DNA of 64,000 nt from Takakia lepidozioides (Eukaryota; Plantae; Bryophyta): assembly GCA_030704615.1 (NCBI GenBank), contig CM060733.1, positions 32,550,001 through 32,614,000 on the forward strand, in the 5' to 3' direction. The notes under the pieces are model-generated. The model had not been told where the DNA came from, made no database searches, and worked only from the letters and a program-made list of their open reading frames with translations. The first letter of the stretch is position 1, and the number at the start of each line of letters is the position of its first letter. Positions 11,317 through 22,384 of this stretch are shown piece after piece. The position numbers and the translations under genes were made by a program.

Positions 11317-12500
11317 CAATGGAGGAGATGTATGGTGCTACCAAGGGGCCACGAAGGTACTCTGGGGCGGTAGGCACCATCAAGTTGGATGATTTTATCC
11401 AAGAGTTTGATAGTTGGTGTGATTTGCAGCAAATGCGCAATCCACAACTATTTACGCATTTCATGGCATGGAAGGGGCTGTTTCAGCACCTTGAGGGGCC
11501 GCCTATGGATGATTACCATGAGTTCAGGCGGGGGCATGAGGTTGAGATCGAGGAGTGGAGGATGTACTAGTCACCCAACTATGTCTCCATCACTAGGGGC
11601 ATTAGAGTCACGAGGGCAGTGGCTACACCTGCCGCTACACCGGCAGCAGTGGGACTGGTGGTACCATAGCTACGACATCCACCCAAGCCACTACCGCACC
11701 AGCACCAGTACTCCTGCCTGCCTTCAACCCTGTTGTGGAGTTCTTCGAAGAGTTGAGAGGGAACTACCAAGGGGTGATGACAGAGAAGTTGCAGAGCTTA
11801 CAAGAGTTCCAATGGAAGCCGACTGAGAGCTTGAGGGAGGCTTTCACTCACATGAGGTGCTTGATAAATATAACCCAAGGAGTTACGAAAGCTCAGGCAG
11901 TCCAATTTTGGTATGGGATATTGGACAAGGAGCTGAGGAGAAGGGTGGGGGATGCAACTCTCCTACAAGCGGCCCAACCCACCTTAGCAAATGTGTTTTT
12001 GCTGGCAGAACGGATAGAGCTCAACATGGTGGAGGAACGAGTGGTCATGGTGGAATTTGCTAAGGAGACACCACGGGGTAGTGGTGCTCCTAGCCAACCA
12101 CTACCTCAACGTGCTCAAGGCAACAAAGGGGCTCAGGTGAAGCTCAGGGAAGGGCAGAGAGGACCTCAGATGCAAGGGTCTCTCCCTTCATTTGCTGGCC
12201 AACAACGGGCGGATGTGGTGTGCTGGACATGTGGAGGACCCCATGTCAAGAAGGATTGCCCAGAGGGAGCCAAAGGGCCGGCACATGCATAGCCTGCACA
12301 GTTGCAGTGTAGGCCTTGTGGCAAGCACGGGCATGGAGAGGCCCAGTGTTATGGTTTGCATCCTAAGTTGCGCCCAGGCCAGTTCCAAGGGAACAATGGT
12401 GGCCGGGGGCGAGGTGGAGCAGCCCAGAGAGGACGAGGTGGCCAGGCACGAGGTGCATGCCAAGGGCAAGCTCAACATGGCCAAGGACGCGGAGGTCAGG
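11317..12500 (+). pseudogene. gag: Gypsy gag (copy 1), disrupted
   Basis: KLDDFIQEFDSWCD; FQWKPTESLREAF; zinc knuckles CWTCGGPHVKKDC and CRPCGKHGHGEAQC. Contains stops and frameshifts. Confidence 0.85.
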
Positions 12501-13415
12501 TCCCAGAGACGTCTGTATCTGGAAATGACAAGGCTCCATATCCGCCTTTGTGAGGCCCAAGCCTGCAATAACAGCTCTGCCTAGCATCAATGGCTGAGCT
12601 CCCGAGTCCAACAAGACCCACAGTGGCCGGTACCTCTTGCCTGCCGGTCCACTCAAATATAAAATGTCATCCTGGTTGTCTAACATGACAACTCCAGGTG
12701 TCACCATGGCGCGCTCAATGGCTGGCCTAGCTGGCAGCTCCATCAACCTGGCAACTGCAGCTTACCATGGTACCGCCGTGGCAGTCTTGACCCTCAAATC
12801 TGAGGATCCCTTCGGCACTACACCTCCCACTATCTCCGCAGAGGATGAAATAACCTCCCCACTCTCACAGAGTGTAGCTGTCAGCCTGAACACCTCAGTT
12901 GGTCTTACCCCCAGTGTCGCAATCATGGTAGCCGAGAACAATGGAGCCCGGCACATAGATGTGGCCGCCCCCGGCAGCACACTAGCTGCCGTAGCCTTGG
13001 CAACACTAGGTAGTGGTACTACCCGTGTAGCTCTCCCCAATGGCATAGTAACCTCCGCCTCGGTAACAGTCGGGCGAGAACTAGGTGCCATGGATGGCGT
13101 CGACATTGTCTCCGCCAATGTGAATGACTGAGGAAGCCTAGCCTGACGGCTTGCCTCCCCACATTGTGGATCCAACTCCACCTCCGCACCTCGTGGCTCA
13201 GGAACTCGTGCTGCTCCTCGGGTCACGGCTGCAGCAGACTCCACCTGCACTAATGGTAGTGTTGCTCCGCACATGAATCCCATGCCTCCCATATCTCCTC
13301 CCTCAGGAGCAGGAGGTGGACCATCCGGCCTTGGAGCCGGTACCACTTGAGCTGTAGCCATGGCAGCGAGCCTCTGCTCTAGCTGCTGAAGACGGTTGGC
13401 CATGCCTTGGTCAAC
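12501..13415 (-). pseudogene. Inverted gag-protease segment of copy 1
   Basis: Reverse complement of copy-2 ~25298-26209. Aspartic protease motif VLLDSGAQPL reads on the minus strand. Confidence 0.9.
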
Positions 13416-13849
13416 ACTTCACTCTGGATTTTTGGGAGCAGTCAGCTTCCTATAGGCTTGGATGGCAGTCAGGGGAGGGCCGGCGTGTACAGCTCCCTGT
13501 GACGTTCAAAGGAGGAGTTGCAGTTGCCCAACAGGCAAGATGCCGACACTAGCAGCATTCACAGCTGTAGTGACTTGGCCTGGAGAGTTGCTAGAGGGCA
13601 ACGCTCATTCAAAGGATGACACACCTCCAAGAGAGCAGGATGACATGTATGGTATGGCGGAGTTGCCTGCCATGGTTGCTTAGACTCCATTGTGGGGCAC
13701 GAGCAAGGATTTGTAGTGGGTTGCTGATCGACGGGTGCAACAAGCCTGAGTAGAGGCTTTTGTACCATCAGGAGAGGAGGAGAGTGTGGGGATTGCACCA
13801 GAACCACCTCAGTTGTCACCATTGGATTCCACACCTATTGTGTGGCAGT

Positions 13850-14800
13850 ATCCGGATGAAGACATTTGTCTTCTGGACTTGTTTGGCGGGATCAGCACCG
13901 AATTGGCTATTGTGTTACAGGCAGGTGTACGAGTTCGGCGTTACCTAAATGTGGAGAGGGATGAGACTGCACAACGCGTTTCACTTTGCTATGTTGCTCA
14001 GTTCGTGCAGCAGTACCCTGAGTTGTTGCCGGTGTCTGCAGTTCGTGGATATCAGCAGGCCTTGCCAACAGACATTTCGTTGCTGGGGGCGCAGGATTTG
14101 GAGCGGGTTGGCTCCATTGATCTGGTAGTGGCAGGTTGGCCCTGCCAAGTGTATTCATCAGCCGGGCATGGCAATGGATTACGAGACTCGAGGTCGGGTC
14201 TGTTTTGGGAGATGGTGCGGGTTTTGCGCCACTTGCAGCTTCATCAAGCTGTATCTCCAGCATATATCTTGGAAAACGTGCCACTGATGGGCGATTCTCG
14301 GGCCAGGGTGATGGCCAGTGTGCATCAAGTCTGGTCGTGGTTCGGGTCAGCAGTGTTGCTAGATGCAGCTATAGTGGGGTCACGGGCTCATCGTCCACGG
14401 CTATGGTGGACTAACTTGATGTCACCCGCACTGCTCAAGCGTGCATTTGATGGGGTGCGGTGGCCAGCACACCTCACAGTGGATAGCATTTTGGACACGA
14501 GGAGGGAGTCTCAGCGTATGAGACACGATGACCGTTCGCCGTTGGCAGTGGTCAACAAGGTGGGTCAACCACGAGCAGCATTATCTACACTGCTCAGCTT
14601 CCCAGGATCGCATGCTTTCCGGAATAGTGGACCTGGCCTCCTGTGGGATGCTCAGTTACAGCAGTTAGTGGAGCCTAATGCTGACGAGCGTGAGCGCACA
14701 ATGGGTTTTACCACTGGTACCATGGCGGTGCCGTCTCTTTCTGAGGCATCACGTCGTCAGGTGTTGGGGCAAGCAATGGATCTCAATTGCTTGACCTGTT
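13850..14800 (+). CDS. C5-cytosine DNA methyltransferase domain (DNMT3-like), retrotransposon-encoded, copy 1
   Basis: Motif I LLDLFGGIS, II YLNVERD, IV AGWPCQ (catalytic PC), VI YILENV, VIII RAHRPRLWWTN, IX ERERTMGF, X VLGQAMD, in canonical order and in one open frame within ORF 13786-14880. Confidence 0.92.
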
Positions 14801-15101
14801 GGCTATGGCTGAGCAATGCAGAGTGCGGAGTAAACTTCCCTCGCTGGTCTCTCTGCCTACCGAGACGGTACAGGCAGTGAGTGGAGACGAGCATGTGAGG
14901 ACCACGGGGTGCAGGCATCCATAGCACACGTGGGAGGTGCTCGAAGTTCAGAGGGAGTTGGCAGCCAAGGTGGTGGTGATGGATGAGGCTAGGGATTTTT
15001 CTCAGGTTGAGGAAGTCCTCGAGGATGAGATGATGGGCCAAGATGAGGCCTTGTCATTGACTGAGCAGGTAGGGAGTACTGCTCAAGAGATTGCAACATA
15101 A

Positions 15102-16600
15102 CAACTACTGGACGCATCCTCTACCTCTAAGCCCACCGGACTTAAGGTTGCAGTTACGGAGGACAATTGGGAGCCTGACATTGGACCCATTGTCACCGGA
15201 GGAGAGAGACGACGTATACGGCGGTTCCTGAGGGCTTACAGGAATTGCTTTGCCTTCAGTTTGAAGGACTTGGGAGCACTGAAGGGTCAAGAGATCCGTA
15301 TTGAGTTGGCCACTGATACGCCAATCTTTCGGAGACCCTATAGATACAGTGACATGGAGAGGTCTTTGATTCAGATGAGGACTCAAGATCTCTGGGAGGC
15401 AGGTTTGGTGGAGCTCTCGGGTGGAGAGTATGCTTCAGCCACAGTGATGCCAGCCAAGAAGGATGTCTATGGCAATTGGACGGAGAGACGTATGCGCGGT
15501 GATTACCGGCCTGTAAATCGTCAGACCAAGTCCGATAAGTATGCCATGCCAACACCAGAGGAGATCATTGATGCCATCAGGCATGCTAAGGTCTTTAGCA
15601 CTTTGGATTTACGATCCGGATATCACCAGTTGCCGATCAAGGAGGCGGACAAGCAGAAGACGGCATTCTGGGGGATCAATGAGCATAGCAAAGATTGCCT
15701 ATATCAGTGGCGGTTCTTACCATTTGGGCTTAAGAATGCTCCTGCAGAGTTTCAGAGAGTCATGGATAGGATTCTAGCAGGGGTGGACTTTGTTCGGTGT
15801 TACATAGATGACATCATCATCTTTAGTACTACGGTGGAGGACCATGAGAGACACCTTCAGGTGGTATTGGAGCGCTTGAGAGCGCACGGATTGAAGTTGC
15901 ATCCGAGGAAATGCAAGTTTTTCCACAACCAGATTGAGTATCTGGGTCATATGATATATCCTGGAGGATTGGGGGTACAACAGACTAAGGTAGAGGCCAT
16001 TGCACAAATTCCATGCCCCACGGATGTGAGCCGAGTTCGAGCTTTCATGGGGTTGGCAAACTATTATAGACGGTTTGTCAAGGGATTTAGTACCATTGCA
16101 AAGGCTCTAACAAAGCTGACCAAGGTGGACCAGGAGTGGCAATGGAAGATGAGCAGGAATGAGCTTTTCAAGAGCTCAAGGCAAGGTTGACTTCGGCGCC
16201 TATCCTGAGACGACATATCAGGGGGCATCCCTTTCAGCTGCATACGGATTGGAGCATGCTGGGGCTTGGAGCGGTGCTCATACAGGTGAATGATGAGGGA
16301 AGAGAGTTCGTAGTGGCTAATGCTAGCCGCTGGAACAATGCTGCAGAGGCTAAGTATAGCTTATATGAGGGAGAGTGCTTAGCTACAATGTGGGCCGTGG
16401 CACACTTCAGGTGCTATCTATACGTCAATCTCTTCACCCTTATCACGGATCACCAGCCACTCAAGATGGAGTCAGACAAGCTTACGGGGAAGCTTGCACG
16501 GTGGGCACTCATACTCTAGGAGTATGACTTTCAGGTTGTGCATCGACCGGGTTTGGTCAATCGGGATGCGGATGGATTGAGTCGCAATCCATGCACGAGC
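15102..16600 (+). pseudogene. pol: Gypsy reverse transcriptase and RNase H (copy 1), frameshifted
   Basis: DYRPVN, FSTLDLRSGYHQ, PFGLKNAPAEFQ, YIDDIII, YLGH, FMGLANYYRRFV. RNase H: LHTDWS..GLGAVL, YEGECLA, LITDHQPL. Confidence 0.93.
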
Positions 16601-16899
16601 CAGCAAAATGACACTGGAGCTCGTGGCATGGTGAGACGGACGAGGAGATGGTGCCGGGATGGCATGCATCTGCCTTTTTGTGTATCTTGGCATCAGGAGG
16701 TCAGGTTGGACCTACAACAGGGATGACTGTAGACGGAGTGTCTGAGGACCCTGAGGCTAGTGATGAGCTAGGTGGTACCAAAGATATACATGAGGATTCG
16801 GCTGTGCTGGACTACCTCCGTACTAGAGATAGGGCAGCCACTGTGACTGCCAAGGAGAGGGATCGGATCCTGCAACGAGCCAAGAGGTTCAAGTGGGAG

Positions 16900-17620
16900 G
16901 GGACACACCTGCTCCGAGTATGGGAGGATGGTCGGGTGAGGACTGTGCCTCACCCCACACAGCGTGCACGGTTAGTACGGCATGCCCATGAGGAGTTGGG
17001 GCATTTTGGAGTGCGACGCACTCACAGTTTACTGCAGGGGCAGTATTGGTGGCGTGGTATGCATACAGAGGTGCAACAGTTCGTGGCTAGGTGCATGGTG
17101 TATAACAGGGTGCGTGCTTCATTCAACGCCTCTATACCACAGTTGCATCATTTACCAATCATGGGATTGGGCTACAGGTGGAGTCTTGACTTCGCAGGAC
17201 CATTGCCACTGACTATGCGCCACCACAGATATGTGTTGGTGATGGTGGAACACTTCTCCAAGTGGATTGAGTTGGTTCCGTTGCCTGACAAAGCTAGTGA
17301 GGGGGCTGCGTATGCATTCTTGGATCGTGTGCTTAGCCGATTCGGTGCTCCAGCTGAGGTACTCACGGACCAAGGTAGAGAGTTATTGAGGGAGTTTCAG
17401 GCTTTGTGTGATAAAGTCTTGATAGATCACCGCACCACTTCTCGGGATCATCCTGAGGCCGATGGCTTGGCAGAGAGAGTTGTTCGCACGGTGAAGAGGG
17501 GTTTGCGCAAGTACGGCTTGCAGAAGGGACACCTAGGAGATTGGGATCTTCAGGTACCTTGGTTAGCCATGGGCTACCGGTTCAGCAAGCAAACCTCACT
17601 TGCCTCCTCTCACCATATTT
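16900..17620 (+). CDS. Gypsy DDE integrase (copy 1), C-terminus degraded
   Basis: HEELGHFG..YWWRGM..CMV zinc-binding region; WSLDFAGPLP, VLTDQG and DGLAERVVRTVK supply the D,D,E triad. Confidence 0.92.
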
Positions 17621-18138
17621 TCTTCTTCTCTTTGGCCGAGAGCCAAATTTGCCTGCAGGCATTCGTAGGGACAAACTGCCCAGTCCTTAACCTGAAATTA
17701 GACGATTCTGGGACGGTGTTGGGTCAGCGTTGCAGGTGATAGTCGTGGCGGTGCAGAGTTGTTCAATGAAGTCGCTAAGTGCATGCCCATTGCTTTGAGA
17801 TTGACCGAACCTTGTCATTGCCACAGCACGACCAGTGTATACGTTGAGGTATTCCACTACTCACGCTGGTGCGGATATATCGTCCTAGGGTTCGAGAGTT
17901 TATGCCCTGGTCTACCTATGTTTATCTTGCAGCAGACTGCTCCTACGACCCTGGATGTGACTGTGCAAGGCGTGTTATTCTGAGGATTCGAGAGGTGTTG
18001 CCCTCAGGAGTCCTGATCTTGGAGGGTCGGATGGCATGACTTGGAAGGATCATGTGCGTAATTGTGCGTCATATCACCTTCCAATGTTGATGGCCAAGTT
18101 GACCCAAACTTGGCACTTGGCTACTGCAGGTTTTGAGG

Positions 18139-18268
18139 TGCATGCTCTGTGGTCTGCCCAAAGAGGCAGCCACCATGCTGGTGTGTGATCAATGCTCAAG
18201 AGGTTGGCTATGGGATGCTTGACACCACTCCTGAGAGGTTCCTGACGAGATTGGTTGTGTCCACATTC
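18139..18268 (+). pseudogene. PHD finger at the integrase C-terminus (frameshifted)
   Basis: CMLCGLPKEAATMLVCDQCSRGW[fs]MGCLTPLL[fs]VPD[fs]DWLCPH fits the C4HC3 PHD consensus CxxC..LxCDxCxxxxHxxCLxPPLxxVPxxxWxCPxC. Confidence 0.8.
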
Positions 18269-18521
18269 TTTGGATAGTGGCAGTGGACATGACTGGAGGC
18301 AGCTAACAAGACATGGGAGGCCCACTCATAGGAGTAACACGAGATCCCAGGCTCAATTCACAGGTTGCAATACGAGCGACTAACGATGGGGCAACTCTTG
18401 CACCCGGCCTCTTGATCTATCGAGTTTTAGTGTAGTAGGGATAGTGGTGGAGAACTTAGTGAGGCTATGGTCACTATCGCATCTTGTGGCACTTGGACTT
18501 AGAGGGACCTAAGCACTAGCT

Positions 18522-18531
18522 AGGGGGGCGA
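18522..18531 (+). promoter_or_regulatory. Polypurine tract
   Basis: AGGGGGGCGA lies immediately before repeat B1. Confidence 0.7.
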
Positions 18532-19218
18532 TTGTGTGGACTAGTGACTACCATAGTGGGCAGCATAGTGGCAGCCTAGTGACTGACTAGTTGTAGCCTA
18601 GTGGTTGGACTAGTGGCTGGACTAGTGGTGGACTAGTGGTATACTAGTGTGTGGTGTGCACATGTGTTGTGTGGTTTTGGACACGTGGTAGTTGTGTAGC
18701 GATATATTGCGGCACGACAGCTGTCAAGTTATTTTTACCACTAGTATGAAACTAGCTAAGAAATAGCTAGCTTTTACATATTGACATTTGGGATTGGCCC
18801 ATTGTCCACCAGGGGTCAAGCGCAGATTTAGGACTGCCCTGAAAAGTGGTTATCTTCACGACAAGCTAGTGAGGCTCATCTTTCTCGAGTTGAGCCTCAC
18901 CTCCTAGCTATGGCGCCGTAGTGTGGATTCCCCATGGCGTGGGGTGCATTTGGCTTGACTTGTATTTGAGTGATGAGGTTATATATGCATGAGTTTATGC
19001 TTCAGCTTTGTGAGCTCGTACTTGTATTCTTCTTCTTTTCATTATGTGGACTAGTGACTGCCATAGTGGGCAGCATAGTGGCAGCCTAGTGACCTGACTA
19101 GTTGTAGCCTAGTGGTGGACTAGTGGTTGACTAGTGTTATACTAGTGTGTGGTATGCACTGTATTGTGTGGTTTTGGACAGTGATGTAGTTATTGTATCG
19201 ATATGTATGCGCACGACA
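18532..19218 (+). repeat. 3' terminal repeat block B1 (18532-18719) - GC - A2 (18722-19041) - B2 (19042-19218)
   Basis: B1 and B2 both begin TT(G/A)TGTGGACTAGTGACT, contain ACTAGTGG repeats and end GCACGACA. A2 matches A1. Confidence 0.88.
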
Positions 19219-22200
19219 ATGGAGTTACATTTAAGGGCTTAGGGTTTAGGGTTTAGAGAACTATAAATGGACAAACAATTATGGAATATGACTCTTTACG
19301 TGGAGGTCGTACAACAATTCAGGAAATATCCCCTCCACTTCGACCGCACCCAAAACTGGAAGCACTAAATTAAATAGGCATCAAACCATTGGAATTAGGT
19401 TTTAGGGTACGGATTAGTTAGTCGTAGTAAGACATACTACTGTATGTATGGCGACCAAAAAATCTGGGAAAGTGTACATTGACTTGTCACCCTAAGAAAT
19501 TAGACTTGATGAAAGATCCCAAGGGCCATTCTATTATGCCCAACCTTGTAACCCTTGAAGAATGTGCATCAAACATTCGAATTAGGTTTGGGTTATATGG
19601 TTTTAAGGTGATGACAATGTAAGGACTGAAGGTCCCCAAAGTATTGTCTTTAAAGGTTCTAATAAGATAAACAGACCCAGATAAATTGACTTGAGATGAC
19701 ATGGAATAACGGGTGCAAGCAGTATGTTCATTGAATGATTGTACTGACAAGAAAAACGATAGTCTCGAAATAAGTAAATGCCACGCGGTTTATACTCAAG
19801 ACATTTTTAGACCAATTATATTGAGCCCAACAATACGACCATGTGGACCGAGAATGAATGAGATGGGCGAATCTGTTGAGGAGAAGACACTTTGGTGAGA
19901 ACCAGAGAACCAAAAGAATGGATGTAATGTGAGTGAGGAACTGCAAAGAGAAGGAAGCAGTGACATCAGGAAAACTAGGAACTCCGGATGATCACTCGAG
20001 TTTCCTGAAACGTTACAAAGATGAGGTCCGGAAAAAGCTGGTGGTTGGCAAAGAAGGTAGATTAATATTTGAGCACTGAAGAAGAACAAATGGAGAGTGG
20101 AGGTAAAACATTAGTTTTATTCTTGAAAACAAGCCGAAGAGTGAACCTCCAATATGTCCTTGTCAACCTTGTTCTCCGTCCGAGGTTGCATTGTCTTCAT
20201 TGTCTTACTGTTGATTGGCCTCATCCAAATTTGCTCGTGCTTCTCCGCCTCCACCGTGTAATTTTCTTAAGCTATTACGTGTCGTGTTTTTTTTGGCGGG
20301 CATTGTCTAAATGACAGAGTTAATGTCAATCCACTGAGGGGGATAATCTGGATTGAACTCCCAAACTTTGGACCAACAATCTCTGTACCTATCGAAATCG
20401 AGGGTACCTCCTTTCTTGGGTCTCCACCATTCGACGTGAACCTTCTTAAAATTCATGTCTGTCGCGGACTACATCTGATGATCCGGATATCAGTGAGGAG
20501 CTTGATGGTACTAAGGATGTGCATTGTCAAGTTATTTTACCACTAGTGTGAAACTAGCTAGGAAATAGCTAGCTTTTACATATTGACATTTGGGATTGGC
20601 CCAAGTGTCAATCCAGGGTCAAGGCAGATTTAGGCCCTGGAGTGGTTATCTTCACGGCAAGCGCGGGAGGCTCATCTTTCTCGAGTTGAGCCTCACCGCG
20701 CCTAGCTATGGCGCCGTAGTGTGGATTCCCCATGGCGTGGGGTGCACTTGGCTTGACTTGTATTTGAGTGATGAGGTTATATATGCATGAGTTTATGCTT
20801 CAGCTTTGTGAGCTCGCATGAGCTTGTGCTTGTATTCTTCTTCTTTATCACTCGAGAAAGATGAGCTCGTATCTGTGAGTGCCAGATACGAGTTAGTTGT
20901 AGCACTTGTGGTTTTTGCTTGAGAATGAGAGAAACCAAGTTGTTATGCAAGGAGCACCGTGGAGCTCTTGGTTGTTAGAAGCGGAGGCGATGTGGGTTAC
21001 GAGGTGGTAGACCTTGGCATTCGATCTTCAGCTTCAGAGATGAAAGCACCATGCTGCAGGTAATTCCAGAGCACCTTGATGGTTTCAGATTGTGTACATG
21101 CATGAGCAAGCACGATTGGGAAGAGGACCAGTCAAGAGCAGGTTATAGTGGCTTTGGTGGCAAAGCTGAGAACTGGACTTGGGAATGCGAGCTTTCATTG
21201 TGTGAAGGATTGCAAGACCAAGCGAAAGGGCTGATTTGGCTTGGGGCAAATCAGTGCACTTTGTGGAGTATGTTGAGATTGGGTTTCAATCTCGAGCTTC
21301 AGCATTGAGAGGGCTCTTGTCATGGCAAGAGCAGGGCTGGAACAGGAGCTAAGAGGTGCGGCAAGGCCATGGAATGTGCACCTAGGGTTTCAGAGCTTGG
21401 AAGAAGAGCTCTTGCACCACAAGAGAAGTGTCTTGTGGCTGGAAATGTAAGCCTTAGGGTTTCAGGAGCTTGGCAAAGGCTGTGGAGTGCTTAGTCTTGT
21501 CTTAGAGAGCATCAAGGAGCCAAGGAGCCAAGATAGGGGGCTGATATCTCTTGTGTGAAGAGGTTGCATGTGTGGAGCATGTATTCAGCTCATTGAAGCT
21601 TCCATCTTCAAGCTTGGAGGGCAAGCAAGGAAGAGGGAAGGGCTGACTTCCCTTATGTGAGGGCAATGCATGTGTGGAGCATGCTATCAGCCTGGTGAAG
21701 GCTTGCACTTTCAGGTGTGGGAGTGCAAGAAAGGAAGGAAGGGGCTGGTTTCCCTGTAGGGCATGTGGAGCATGCTTTCAGCCTGCTGAAGCTTGTATTT
21801 TCAGGTTTGTGGGTGCAAGAAATGAAGCAAAGGAGCTGATTCTCTTATGGTGAGAGTGGGGCATGTGTGGAGCATGCCTTCAGCCCATTGAGGCTCTTGT
21901 TTTCAAGCTTTAGAGAGCTAGAACGGAAGGTCTAGGGCTGGTTTCCACTTGGAGTGAAAGAAAAGCACTTGTAGGGCCTATGTGAGTTGGGGTTTCAACT
22001 TCAAGCTTGAAGGGAGCGCAACTCTTGAAGCAGCAGGTGTAGGGGGCTGGAATAGGCTCTAAGACAGATGCTATGGCCAAGGAGAGTGCTTGAATGAGTG
22101 CTCACAAGGGCTGGGAACCAGCAGGGCTTGGTTGTTTGCCATTGAGTTTAGTGGCGTGTTTGGGGAGGCTAAGTGAGAAAGAAGGCTTGGTTTGTGGCAA

Positions 22201-22384
22201 CCACCTCATGGCTTAGGGCTACTATGGTGGTGTGTGGGAGCCGAAAGAGCAAGAATACCTTGCTGATTTCCTCACAGCCGCCATAGCTCGGTGGAAAGAA
22301 GCCTAGAGTCCAAGAGACACAAACCCTAGCTTGGCGTGGCTAAACCCCTTGGAGAAATGGCTAAACTGCCAGAGCGGCCATGGA

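Larger units (their letters stand above)
8152..19218 (+). mobile_element. Ty3/Gypsy retrotransposon carrying a cytosine methyltransferase and a PHD finger, with split terminal repeats (copy 1, full length, decayed)
   Basis: TG..CA ends. 4-bp TSD ATGG (8148-8151 and 19219-19222). The flanking host repeat rejoins across the site. Domain order is gag-PR-DNMT-RT-RH-IN-PHD, with integrase after RT as in Gypsy. Confidence 0.93.

Noticed and set aside
13786-14880. Host DRM/DNMT3 gene or bacterial contaminant
   Set aside because: It is intronless, in frame with gag-protease, and present at the same position in both element copies.
18532-19218. Reading the element as DIRS/Ngaro/PAT because of the split repeats
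   Set aside because: It has a DDE integrase, an aspartic protease and a TSD, and no tyrosine recombinase motifs are visible. Its methyltransferase is C5-type rather than the DIRS adenine type.
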